From positions 40,885-104,884 of IMG/VR virus record IMGVR_UViG_2816332575_000002: a DNA stretch of 64,000 nt; one strand, given 5' to 3'. This document shows positions 47,586-56,548 of the stretch, piece by piece. This stretch comes from a virus. Lineage: Duplodnaviria > Caudoviricetes. Each line of letters opens with the position of its first letter. Position 1 is the stretch's first letter. A program made the position numbers and the translations under genes. The notes beneath the pieces are model-generated. The model had not been told where the DNA came from, made no database searches, and was given only the letters and a program-made list of their open reading frames with translations.

Positions 47586-48060
47586 TGCTCAAGAAGCCTT
47601 CTGGTCACGGGTCCACAAGACCGACACCTGCTGGAAATGGACCGGAGGTACTCGCGGTAATGGCTACGGCACCTACTGGGTGGACGGGAAGCGCTACTAC
47701 GCCCACCGCTACAGTTACTACCTCACCTATGGGGTCATGCCAGCCGGAGTCATTTTGCACCACTGCGACAACCCCATATGCATCCGCCCCGACCATCTCT
47801 CCGACGGCACTCAGGCGGACAACGTACTCGACATGTGGGCCAAGGGCCGCGGCAGCGCACCACCACTCCACGTCGGAGAGGCCCATCACCAGACCCGACT
47901 GACCGCAGCCGACATCCTCCGCATCCGTACGCGATACACCGCCGGCGCATCCCAGCAAGCTCTGGCCGACCAGTACGGACTCGCGCGCTCCACCGTCGGA
48001 AAGATCGTACGAGGTCAGTCCTGGCGGCACGTACATGCACAGACAAAGGCAGCAGCATGA
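47578..48060 (+). CDS. HNH homing endonuclease with C-terminal HTH
   Basis: CWKWTG, AHRYSY, HHCDNPxCxRPDHL..GTQADN. Confidence 0.88.
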   Translation: MTDAQEAFWSRVHKTDTCWKWTGGTRGNGYGTYWVDGKRYYAHRYSYYLTYGVMPAGVILHHCDNPICIRPDHLSDGTQADNVLDMWAKGRGSAPPLHVGEAHHQTRLTAADILRIRTRYTAGASQQALADQYGLARSTVGKIVRGQSWRHVHAQTKAAA

Positions 48061-49193
48061 AGGCCCCACGCCCTCGCCGGACGGTCAAGAAGCCTCCCCC
48101 TAGCCTCGATGACCTGTTCGCATCTCGCCGCAGCGAAGAATCGTTTCTCGCCGCAGCAAAGACGCACGTCGTCAATAAGAATGCAGCCGACACTAGTCGG
48201 CGTCAGGACATCATCCATCCATCCGAGGTCGCCAAGGCCGACTGGTGCCCCCGTGCCACGTATTTGCGAATCTCCACTGGCATCTACCACAAGGAGAAGT
48301 TCGGCTTCCAATCGCTCAACATCTTTGACCACGGCCACGAAGTCCACCGCAAGTGGCAGAACCGAGCCTGGGAGATGGACTGGCTCGAAGGTAATTTCAA
48401 GTGTCTGAACTGCGGAGAAGTGCGTTGGGCGAAGAGCCCCGACATCTGCGACGTCTGTAGGTCGAGCGCTCTGGAGTACGCCGAAGTCCCGCTCCGCGCC
48501 ACCACCACCCACCAGATATCCGGCCACGCCGACGGCCTTCTAGCCCCCATCAGCAAGATCCTCGAAGTCAAGACAGTGGGGGAGGGGACCTACCGCTTCG
48601 AGCACCCAAAGCTCCTGACGGCGCACAGCCGCAAGGACGCCGACGGTGCCCCCTACGTAGACGTCAAGAAACTGTGGGCCAACACCACGGTCCCGTTCCC
48701 CTCACACCTGCGTCAGGTCCAGATCTACATCTGGCTCGCCAATCAGATCCCCGGCGTAGAGGTCGACGGCGCGGAGTTCATCTACGAGTCCAAGATGCAC
48801 CAGGCCGTCAAAAGCTTCACGGTCAAGACGAACTTCGACCTCGTCGCTGATCGCATACACACCTGCCGCGAAATCAAGCTCCGGCTCGTAAAGAAGGACC
48901 GCCCGCCGGCCTGCCCCAAGGGCGGCTGCAAGGACTGCACGGCCTACGAGGAGAGAGATGGCGCAGCCACCCGACGACGCGGCGCCGACGCTGGCACGGC
49001 AGACCGCACGGCGCCTGCGTCTGAAAGGTCTGAGACTTCCGCAACGCCCCGGCGAGGAAACCCCGGAGCTGCCGGCGGACCTGACCGACCTGAGCGACGA
49101 CGAGCTGATGACCCTCTTCGTGCAGATGACGACCTGGGCCGAGTTCGCCGGAACACGGCTCGCTCAGGCGGCAGTCGACGAAAAGCAGGCTGA
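48057..49193 (+). CDS. Cas4-like/RecB-family exonuclease
   Basis: HPS..CPR, GHADG, LEVKT, QVQIY, C-terminal Cys cluster. Confidence 0.8.
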   Translation: MKAPRPRRTVKKPPPSLDDLFASRRSEESFLAAAKTHVVNKNAADTSRRQDIIHPSEVAKADWCPRATYLRISTGIYHKEKFGFQSLNIFDHGHEVHRKWQNRAWEMDWLEGNFKCLNCGEVRWAKSPDICDVCRSSALEYAEVPLRATTTHQISGHADGLLAPISKILEVKTVGEGTYRFEHPKLLTAHSRKDADGAPYVDVKKLWANTTVPFPSHLRQVQIYIWLANQIPGVEVDGAEFIYESKMHQAVKSFTVKTNFDLVADRIHTCREIKLRLVKKDRPPACPKGGCKDCTAYEERDGAATRRRGADAGTADRTAPASERSETSATPRRGNPGAAGGPDRPERRRADDPLRADDDLGRVRRNTARSGGSRRKAG

Positions 49194-49455
49194 GACCGAC
49201 CTCGACCGCCTGCGAGCCATCGCCGCGGTGAAGGCCCGCACCGAGAAGTCCGTCACCGCACAGAAGGCCGCCGCGGCTGCCGACCCCGACGTCCTGGCCG
49301 CGGTCGACACCTACAACGCGACCTACGCGAGCCGGAAGTTGCTCGACGCCCTCTATACCGGCCTGACAGCGAAAGCCGCGGTCGTCTCCCGCGAACTGAC
49401 GCGCCGCGTCGGCCGCCACGACAGAGAGAGCCGGGCCCAACGCTGGAATACCTGA
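48958..49455 (+). CDS. Phage helical hypothetical protein
   Basis: GAGGAG RBS; LPxDLTxLxDxELM...SRELTRR. Confidence 0.7.
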   Translation: MAQPPDDAAPTLARQTARRLRLKGLRLPQRPGEETPELPADLTDLSDDELMTLFVQMTTWAEFAGTRLAQAAVDEKQAETDLDRLRAIAAVKARTEKSVTAQKAAAAADPDVLAAVDTYNATYASRKLLDALYTGLTAKAAVVSRELTRRVGRHDRESRAQRWNT

Positions 49456-49464
49456 GAGGAAAAC

Positions 49465-49638
49465 ATGCGCACCGAACAGATGTGGCTCCACAAGAGCCTC
49501 ACCAAGCTCGCGGTACTTACCAATGTCCACACCGGTATCTACCAGGCGACCGTTTACAACCTGACGACTGGTCGGCGTACCTCTGTGCACATCCGTCCGG
49601 CGAGCCTGCTCAAAAATTACCGACCCATATCGAACTGA
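49465..49638 (+). CDS. Small hypothetical protein (57 aa)
   Basis: GAGG RBS, fills the gap; below ORF-track cutoff. Confidence 0.5.
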   Translation: MRTEQMWLHKSLTKLAVLTNVHTGIYQATVYNLTTGRRTSVHIRPASLLKNYRPISN

Positions 49639-49648
49639 GAGGTACACC

Positions 49649-50290
49649 ATGACGATTCGCTTTCGGCTGAGCAGCCACACCAAGGTGCACCATCTCATGG
49701 TCGACACACAGCGCACAGGAGAGCTGAAGTCCGGAGGCGTCGGATTTTCTCTCATGCTGGACGCAACCGACCTGGCAGCCCTGCGCAAGGCTGTAGGTCC
49801 GGCCGATACCGTCATCGAGCTACAGCGTCAGCTCGACAACGCGCTGGGCGTCAAGGCGGAGCTGACGAAGGAGGTCGAGAGTCTGACCGGTGAGATGGCT
49901 AAGCTCAAGCAGAAGCTGGCGGATGAGACTGAAGCGCACAAGGTTTGCGATGCCATGGCGGACCAGGCGAATCGAGATGCGAGCAAAGAACATGTTCGCC
50001 AGTCCAAGGAAGTCGCCGAACTCAAGGAAAAGGTCAACAGTCTTCAGCAGGCCAAGAACATTCTCGACGATCGTTGTAAGCGGCTGTCCGAGCAGAACCG
50101 GCGCCTGTCCACTCCCGCGCCTATCCCTTTTGGCCTGCTGACCAACCGGACGGCCTCCTGCGGCTCCACGATCCTTCATCGGAAGTATGAGAAGACGCTC
50201 GCGGAGTTGAAGATTGCACGTGCTGATGCGGAGAGCAGTAAGACTGCCTATCAGGAGCTGCTGACCAAGTGGCTGGCGGGGAACAAGTGA
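49649..50290 (+). CDS. Coiled-coil hypothetical protein
   Basis: Heptad-rich sequence; RBS present. Confidence 0.65.
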   Translation: MTIRFRLSSHTKVHHLMVDTQRTGELKSGGVGFSLMLDATDLAALRKAVGPADTVIELQRQLDNALGVKAELTKEVESLTGEMAKLKQKLADETEAHKVCDAMADQANRDASKEHVRQSKEVAELKEKVNSLQQAKNILDDRCKRLSEQNRRLSTPAPIPFGLLTNRTASCGSTILHRKYEKTLAELKIARADAESSKTAYQELLTKWLAGNK

Positions 50291-50409
50291 TGACCCAGAG
50301 CGCCACCGTCTGCGCCTGCGGCTACGAAATCGGCGAAGACGAAGAGCGTGAATACATCGACGACGAAGTCCTGTGCTCAGTATGCCGAATTGAGCCCTTC
50401 GCTGCTTAG
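50290..50409 (+). CDS. 39-aa Cys-containing microprotein
   Basis: TGATG-coupled; CxC...CxxC. Confidence 0.5.
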   Translation: MTQSATVCACGYEIGEDEEREYIDDEVLCSVCRIEPFAA

Positions 50410-50416
50410 GAGACCC

Positions 50417-50866
50417 GTGAGCAAGCTGACCAAGCAGATGATTGTCCCTGGCCAGGTCTGGGCCGACAAGGACAGGCGCCGGCAGGGACGCACCGTCCTT
50501 GTTGACAAGGTCGACGACTACTACGTACACGTCACTACGCTGACCAATAGCCTCCGAACCCAGTCCCAGGTGGACGCAGGCCGCCACCAGTTGGACAAGC
50601 GCAACTTGACGTCCAAGGTCTTGCGCAGCCGCTTTGGCTCCGACTGCTACCGCCTGCTGAGCCAGGACAAGGTCGCGGTGCTCCAGTTCCCGTATGCCTG
50701 CGCTAACGGCCAGCCGCATAAGTGGCTGCCTGTGCAGACGTTCCTCTCCAGCCTGCCGCACGCTGAGGTCGTCCTGGTCTGCCAGCGGCTCGACTGCCTG
50801 GCACATACCATCCGACGCAGCCGCTACGTCACGGACGCGGTCCTCCCCGGCGAGCTGGCCGCATGA
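50417..50866 (+). CDS. Hypothetical protein
   Basis: AGGAG RBS before GTG; PGQVWADxDxR. Confidence 0.6.
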   Translation: MSKLTKQMIVPGQVWADKDRRRQGRTVLVDKVDDYYVHVTTLTNSLRTQSQVDAGRHQLDKRNLTSKVLRSRFGSDCYRLLSQDKVAVLQFPYACANGQPHKWLPVQTFLSSLPHAEVVLVCQRLDCLAHTIRRSRYVTDAVLPGELAA

Positions 50867-51087
50867 GGCAGGTCGACGAGGACGCGGCTGAGGTCTTTCG
50901 AGTGGTCCGCATCGTCACGTACAGGAACGGCGGTCGACGCCGATTCTGCTACGGCCCCTACCCCACCATGCCCTCCGCGAAGGGAGCCCGGTCCGTGCTG
51001 CAACGAGATCGTCCCCGCTCCTGGGAGGGCGCGGCCTCCTACGACTACGAGATACAGCGTGCGACCACTCAGTGGGAGACCGTGTGA
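50863..51087 (+). CDS. Hypothetical protein
   Basis: Coupled; YGPY motif. Confidence 0.55.
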   Translation: MRQVDEDAAEVFRVVRIVTYRNGGRRRFCYGPYPTMPSAKGARSVLQRDRPRSWEGAASYDYEIQRATTQWETV

Positions 51088-51650
51088 CGTATGCGTTCGT
51101 CGGGATCGACCAGTCCTACAGCGGTTTCGGCTTCGCGGTCTACTGCCATCCGAGCGAGATATATCAGACCAAGACCGGCAAGTGGGAAGCCGCGAAATTC
51201 GCGTCCCAGAGTGATCGGCTCACCAAGATCTTCCGCGACGTTCAGATGATGCTTTCCAGCGTCCATTGCGCTTTCGGAGGAATAGAAGCCGTGGCGATGG
51301 AAGGCTACTCCCACGGATCGAAGTTCCAGCGCGAAACCCTCGGAGAACTCGGGGGAGCAGTCAAGCTAGCCATCACCGAGATAGCCGGCGTCTACTCCTG
51401 GCGCCACCCCATCATCGTCCCTCCGCCCACCCTCAAGAAGTACGTCACCGGAAAGGGCACGGCCACCAAGCAGGAGATGCTCGACACCGTAGCCCGCCGC
51501 TACGGAGCCACCTTCTACGACGACAACTTGGCCGACGCCTACGCTCTGGCCCGCGTCGCCTGCTCCGTGTACACCGGCAAGGGAAGCAAGGATGAGCTAG
51601 CCGCCCTGGAGAAACTCAAGAGCCCGACCAGGCTCAAAACAGTGGCATGA
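51084..51650 (+). CDS. RuvC-like resolvase
   Basis: GIDQS, VAMEGY, LKKYVTGKG.A.K, DNxADA. Confidence 0.85.
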   Translation: MTYAFVGIDQSYSGFGFAVYCHPSEIYQTKTGKWEAAKFASQSDRLTKIFRDVQMMLSSVHCAFGGIEAVAMEGYSHGSKFQRETLGELGGAVKLAITEIAGVYSWRHPIIVPPPTLKKYVTGKGTATKQEMLDTVARRYGATFYDDNLADAYALARVACSVYTGKGSKDELAALEKLKSPTRLKTVA

Positions 51651-51653
51651 ACA

Positions 51654-51681
51654 GAAGGCCCTCGCGCCAGCGGGGGCCTTC
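51654..51681. terminator. Hairpin ending the replication operon
   Basis: GAAGGCCC...GGGCCTTC. Confidence 0.55.
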
Positions 51682-51760
51682 GCTATTACCACAATGAGAA
51701 AACGCCTACCTACCCTCGATAGCGAATAACAAGCGGCTGCCGAGGGCGCAGGAGGCCACC

Positions 51761-52051
51761 TTGAGCGAGCACATCATTTCGTCCGGCCAGTTCCCCACCA
51801 TGGGCAAGTCGATGGCTCTGGCGAGCACCTACGTCCAGCCACAGGGCGGCACGCCCGTCAAGAAGAAGGGCAACGCCAAGGGGGGCAGTGCCTATCCCGA
51901 GCACGCCACCGGCATTAAGGCCCGCAAGCTCGACCGCGTCGGCATCGGCGCCATTCGTGCCGACCGCCACGTCTCCAATGTGCCCATCGCTAGCGCTACC
52001 GGTCGCAACGTCAAGATCATGCCGACCAAGTTCTGCACGGATGGTAAGTAA
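51761..52051 (+). CDS. Small basic hypothetical protein
   Basis: AGGAGG RBS, TTG start. Confidence 0.6.
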   Translation: MSEHIISSGQFPTMGKSMALASTYVQPQGGTPVKKKGNAKGGSAYPEHATGIKARKLDRVGIGAIRADRHVSNVPIASATGRNVKIMPTKFCTDGK

Positions 52052-52245
52052 TGCTCCCCGCCATTCTCGGCGCCGCCCGCGCTGTGCTGCCCACCCTCGC
52101 CCGGTCCGCAGCGCCAGCAGCCGCAGGTGCCAACACATCACGCGTGCTGAGCGCTGCCCAATTCGGCGCCGCGGCGGCCAGCTCGTCCTCCGACGAGACG
52201 CAGCCCGCGCCGCAGGAGGAATCCAACCCCGTCTACAACCGCTAG
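52051..52245 (+). CDS. Ala-rich small protein
   Basis: TAATG coupling. Confidence 0.55.
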   Translation: MLPAILGAARAVLPTLARSAAPAAAGANTSRVLSAAQFGAAAASSSSDETQPAPQEESNPVYNR

Positions 52246-52254
52246 GAGCACCCA

Positions 52255-52578
52255 ATGTCGCAGATTGCCTTCGGCTCCGGCGTCCTCAACGGCAGTCAGT
52301 TCGGAAAGGTGAGCCGGGAGGTTGCCGGAATGCAGTCCGGCACTCAGCCCATGGAACGCACTTCCGCCGTCGGCAACATCGTCGGCGGCCTGACCGGCGC
52401 CGACAGCACCTACGCCTCCGGCGTCCTCGCCCGCATCGCCGACATCCAGACCGAGGCCCGCACCCGCGGCATGACCCCCGAGCAGGTCGTCCAGCGACGC
52501 CAGCGCGACCAGACCGGCTCCAACACCGTCACCCGCTACGCCGGGTCCAACCCCGTCCGCAACACACAGGTGGGCTGA
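52255..52578 (+). CDS. Hypothetical protein
   Basis: AGGAG RBS. Confidence 0.6.
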   Translation: MSQIAFGSGVLNGSQFGKVSREVAGMQSGTQPMERTSAVGNIVGGLTGADSTYASGVLARIADIQTEARTRGMTPEQVVQRRQRDQTGSNTVTRYAGSNPVRNTQVG

Positions 52579-53060
52579 TGAGCGACATCCTCTACTCCAC
52601 GCCCTACCAGCTCCCCGGCGCCGGCAGCTCCGTCGTCGGCGGAGGCGGCAGCACCACCATCACTGGCGCCCGCGACATCTCGATTGCCCGCGGCCGACTC
52701 TCCGCGCCACGCCTGGGCGAGGCCGAATACCCCGACGGCCTTCTCGGTACCGTCACGTCCCGCCGCTCCGACCGGCTCGCCAACAACAGCACGCGCACCG
52801 CCGAACGCAACAATGCCCGCCCCTACACCCGAGGCGTCCACAAAGGCTCTCGTCTCGCCCCTGACGATTACCACTGGCCCTCCGGTTTCGGGCCGATGAC
52901 CGGCATTGAGCACCAGATGCGCGGACAGCGATGGACCGCCCAGGGAAGCCCGGAAGGCAACCACCTGGCCCACGAAGGCAAGTACTCCGCCACCCCCGAC
53001 CCTGAGCAGACCGCCGAGCGCCTCCAGGCCCTGCGCGCCCTGCTCCCCACCTGGAGGTAG
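52578..53060 (+). CDS. Phage hypothetical protein
   Basis: TGATG coupling; EYPDGLLGT..SRRxDRL, YTRGVHKG. Confidence 0.65.
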   Translation: MSDILYSTPYQLPGAGSSVVGGGGSTTITGARDISIARGRLSAPRLGEAEYPDGLLGTVTSRRSDRLANNSTRTAERNNARPYTRGVHKGSRLAPDDYHWPSGFGPMTGIEHQMRGQRWTAQGSPEGNHLAHEGKYSATPDPEQTAERLQALRALLPTWR

Positions 53061-53062
53061 CC

Positions 53063-53278
53063 GTGGAGTACGCACCCCGCCCCTGGTCCACCGCCCGCGA
53101 GCAACAGGTCGACGACATGCTCGCCGCGATGTGCGAACCCGTTCCCGAAGGCCCCTGGCGAGCCCCGCAGCCCCAATTCGGCATCCACGGTCAGCGCAAG
53201 ATCAGCCCCACCCTCGACGATGCCCTGGCCGTCGATTCCGTCTACCCACCGCCCCGCAAGGACCCCCATGCCGGATAA
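53063..53278 (+). CDS. Small Pro-rich protein
   Basis: GGAGG RBS. Confidence 0.55.
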   Translation: MEYAPRPWSTAREQQVDDMLAAMCEPVPEGPWRAPQPQFGIHGQRKISPTLDDALAVDSVYPPPRKDPHAG

Positions 53279-53477
53279 GGACGCCCAGAAGCAACCGCTC
53301 AGCCTCTTCGACCGCCGGCGCTCCGGCCGAGGCGACAACGTCAAGTTCACCGTCGACAGCGACAGATTGCTCGCCCAGTCGCGGCTCGCCAACGTCTTCA
53401 ACGACCGCTCGCTGCTGGGCTCGAAGAAACGTCTCACCCCACCGATACCGCGCACCAAGAAGCCGGAGGCCCCCTGA
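53268..53477 (+). CDS. Small basic protein
   Basis: AAGGA RBS, ATG at 53268. Confidence 0.5.
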   Translation: MPDKDAQKQPLSLFDRRRSGRGDNVKFTVDSDRLLAQSRLANVFNDRSLLGSKKRLTPPIPRTKKPEAP

Positions 53478-53704
53478 TGGCATACGTCCCCCGCGGCCCG
53501 CTCACCGATGAACTCGCGTACGGCCTGAGCGACGCCACGGTCCGAAAGGCCAACCCCAACCGCGGCGGCCATGTAGAGCGCCTCACCGAAGACAGCCGCG
53601 ACCGCACCCTCGAACCCCGGCTTTTCGGAGGCCAGGGACTCAGCGACGCCGGCGCCGCAGCACACCTCACCCCCTACCCGGAGCGCTCCCACCGCTACGC
53701 CTGA
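53477..53704 (+). CDS. Small hypothetical protein
   Basis: TGATG coupling. Confidence 0.55.
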   Translation: MAYVPRGPLTDELAYGLSDATVRKANPNRGGHVERLTEDSRDRTLEPRLFGGQGLSDAGAAAHLTPYPERSHRYA

Positions 53705-53723
53705 CACCACGAAAGAGAGACCT

Positions 53724-55025
53724 ATGGGCACACGCTGGATACCCGGCGCCGAGCGCCTCGGAGACGGCAGCATCGGCGGAGACATGGACACCCCCGGACT
53801 GCCGCCCCGCGTCGTCTGGCACAGCACCGAAAGCGGCTCCGGCGACGACGCCTTCCGTAACGTCGGCGACTACCTCATCAACATCGGTGCCGAGCCTCAC
53901 ATCCTCTACGACCCCGTCACCGATCGCATCGGCCAGTACGGACCACTCGACGAATCCGCGCGAGCCCTACGCAACGACGGCTCCAGTCGCACCAACCGAA
54001 CCGGGCGCGTCTGTATCCAGATTGAGGTACTGGCCAGGGCAGCCAATCCCTTTACCAGTTACTGGCGACCGGGACCGAACTTCCGCGCCCTCATGGCAGC
54101 CATCCGGAGCTGGGGCGTCCCCGACACCTTCCCCATGGGTGCTCCGCCGGCCTACCCCGGAGGCTCCCGACGTACGCGCTCCGTCTGGCTCTACGAAGGC
54201 GGCCATTACTGCCACGCAAATGTTCCCGGTAACGATCACGGCGACCCTGGCTGCATTTCTGCGGCCCGACTCTTTGCTGCGGCCGGCGGGGGAGGGAGCA
54301 AGCCCACCGGCCGGACGTGGATTGTGCGCGCTGGGCAGACCATGGCAGGCATCGCCGCGGCCGTCGGCATCTCCCTGGCCTCGCTGATCGGCGCCAACCC
54401 TCAGGTTCATAACCCCAACGTGATCAAGCCCGGCCAGGAGCTGCACCTGCCAGATGGTGCCAAGCCGCAGCCAGACCCGCCCACCACACCCAGTAAGCCG
54501 CCGGGCGGCGGAGGCGGGGGAGGAGGCATCGGCCATTACCGGGTCGTCATCGGCGGGTACAGCTACGGGCCCGGCGCCTACGGCAGCCACGTTACCCGCG
54601 TCGGCCAGGCCCTCGTCCGCCGCGGTTTCGGCAGCTATTACTCCGTTGGACCTGGCCCTCGCTGGACCGATGCCGATACCCGCGCGTACGCCGCTTTCCA
54701 GCGCTCCCTTGGGCACACCGGTGTCGCTGCCGACGGCATTCCCGGTCCGGCCACGTTGCGCGTCCTCCTTGGCTCCGGCAGCAGCTCCAGCTCGTATCCG
54801 GGCCGCGCAGCAGTCCGCTACGGAGCCAGTGGCCCCCAGGTGCTGGCCGTCGACAAGGCTCTGCTCCGCAAGGGCTATGGACGCTACCTCTCTTACGGCC
54901 CTTCGAGCTTTTATGGAAAGACAACCCGAGCCGGGGTCAAGGCATTTCAGAAGAACCAGGGATGGTACGGCACCGACGCTGACGGAAACGTCGGGCCGAT
55001 CACATGGCGGAGGCTAATGCAGTGA
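53724..55025 (+). CDS. Endolysin: amidase-like domain + LysM + two peptidoglycan-binding domains
   Basis: WHSTE..PH..HYCHxxVPGNDHGDPG; LysM VRAGQT..NP..IKPGQEL; ADGIPGP and ADGNVGP repeats. Confidence 0.88.
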   Translation: MGTRWIPGAERLGDGSIGGDMDTPGLPPRVVWHSTESGSGDDAFRNVGDYLINIGAEPHILYDPVTDRIGQYGPLDESARALRNDGSSRTNRTGRVCIQIEVLARAANPFTSYWRPGPNFRALMAAIRSWGVPDTFPMGAPPAYPGGSRRTRSVWLYEGGHYCHANVPGNDHGDPGCISAARLFAAAGGGGSKPTGRTWIVRAGQTMAGIAAAVGISLASLIGANPQVHNPNVIKPGQELHLPDGAKPQPDPPTTPSKPPGGGGGGGGIGHYRVVIGGYSYGPGAYGSHVTRVGQALVRRGFGSYYSVGPGPRWTDADTRAYAAFQRSLGHTGVAADGIPGPATLRVLLGSGSSSSSYPGRAAVRYGASGPQVLAVDKALLRKGYGRYLSYGPSSFYGKTTRAGVKAFQKNQGWYGTDADGNVGPITWRRLMQ

Positions 55026-55246
55026 ACGATTACATCAAGAAGAATCCGATCCTCACCCGAACTCTGGTGGTGGGCCTCCTGACTGCCCTGGTGCACTTTG
55101 TGCCGGGCCTGGCAGGCGTAGAGGCGAACGAGGCTGTCATCGGCGGTCTCAATACGCTGCTCGTCCTCATCGTCGGCCTGGAATCCCGCACCAAGGTCAC
55201 GGCCAACCAGCACGTGGTCGTCGATGCACGCGACAGCCAGCAGTAA
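55022..55246 (+). CDS. Holin-like two-TM protein
   Basis: Coupled to the endolysin; two hydrophobic segments. Confidence 0.65.
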   Translation: MNDYIKKNPILTRTLVVGLLTALVHFVPGLAGVEANEAVIGGLNTLLVLIVGLESRTKVTANQHVVVDARDSQQ

Positions 55247-55258
55247 CACTCACGATTA

Positions 55259-55303
55259 CGGCTACGGAACAATGCAGGCAGCAAGCGTATTGTTCCGTAG
55301 CCG
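55259..55303. terminator. 15-bp perfect inverted repeat after the lysis genes
   Basis: CGGCTACGGAACAAT / ATTGTTCCGTAGCCG. Confidence 0.55.
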
Positions 55304-55321
55304 GTTCGCGAAGGGAAAAAC

Positions 55322-56428
55322 ATGACCCACACTGAGCACAACTTCACCGCACTGGAGATATGCGCCGGAGCCGGAGGGCAGGCACTCGGACTGCACCAGG
55401 CAGGCTTCCGCCACCACGCACTGATCGAGATCGACAAGCACGCGTGCGAGGCGCAGCGCTAACGCCTGCCCCTGCGCACGCGTGCTTACCACGCGTGCGA
55501 GACACTGAAGCTCAACGTCACGGAGAAGAATGGCTGGGACGACTGCCGGATCATCACAGCTGACCTGACGAAGCTCGACCCAGCAGAGCTGGCCCTGGAA
55601 CCCGGCACGCTCGACCTGCTGGCCGGTGGAGTGCCGTGCCCGCCCTTCTCAGCCGCGGGCAAGCAGCTGGGCCCGGATGACGAGCGCGATCTCTTCCCCA
55701 CAATGCTCGACCTGGTGAGCTACCTGAAGCCCAAGGCCGTCATGATCGAGAATGTACGCGGCCTGCTCGAACCGCCGCGGAAGTTCCAGCGCTACCGCGA
55801 CGATGTGATCAAGACCCGCCTCCTTGCCGAGGGCTACGTCATCTGCGATTGGCGAGTCGTCAAGGCGTGCGATTACGGAGTACCTCAGCTCAGGCCGCGC
55901 TCGATCCTCATAGCCATGCAGCCGCAGTTCGCTGCCCATTTCACCTGGCCGACGCCCGAGCGGGGCGAGCAGGTGACGGTGGCGAAGGCGCTCGCGCCAA
56001 CGATGAGGAAGCGCTTCGGCGACTCATCGGCTGGCAAGAAGGCGTACGCGCGCTGGCACAAAGCCGCCAGCACAGGCATAGCCCCCACCCTCGTGGGCGG
56101 GTCCAAGAAGCATGGAGGCGCCGACCTCGGCCCCACCCGGGCACGGGCCGCCTGGCGCAAACTCGGAATCGACGCCCGCAGCGTCGCCGATGACCCCGAG
56201 GCCACGAAGAACTCGGCCCGTGACCTCTACAGCACGGACAAGGACGGCCAGCCGATCGGCCCGAGACTGACCGTCGCTCAAGCCGCGATCATCCAAGGCT
56301 TCCCCGCCCACTGGCGTTTCGCTGGCCGTAAGACAACGGCCTACCGACAGGTCGGTAACGCCTTCCCGCCGCCGGTCGCCCGAGCTGTCGGCAAGCACAT
56401 CATCGCTGCTCTGGAGAAGGGGAACTAG
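55322..56428 (+). pseudogene. C5-cytosine DNA methyltransferase (M.NaeI/M.NgoMIV-like), interrupted by a 51-bp insertion
   Basis: Motif I ICAGAGG upstream of in-frame TAA 55460-62; GVPCPPFS, ENVRG, QxRxR, GGSKKHGGADLGPTR and QVGNA downstream in the same frame. Confidence 0.85.
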
Positions 56429-56451
56429 TTCCGCTGTACTGAGCGGCTAAC

Positions 56452-56482
56452 AGTGCCCCGGCTAACTCCAGGCCGGGGCACT
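56452..56482. terminator. Hairpin after the methyltransferase
   Basis: AGTGCCCCGGC...GCCGGGGCACT. Confidence 0.55.
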
Positions 56483-56548
56483 TCCTTACCCTCAAATTAA
56501 CTTCGGAGGGAGAGCCGAAGCGCCCTGTCCCCAACGAATGGGAACTGT

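Noticed and set aside
48057-49193. CRISPR-Cas locus
   Set aside because: Solo Cas4-like nuclease typical of phages; no cas1/cas2 or repeat-spacer array seen.
56430-56548. c-di-AMP riboswitch upstream of rpf
   Set aside because: Leader is short and shows only simple hairpins; no ydaO consensus recognised.
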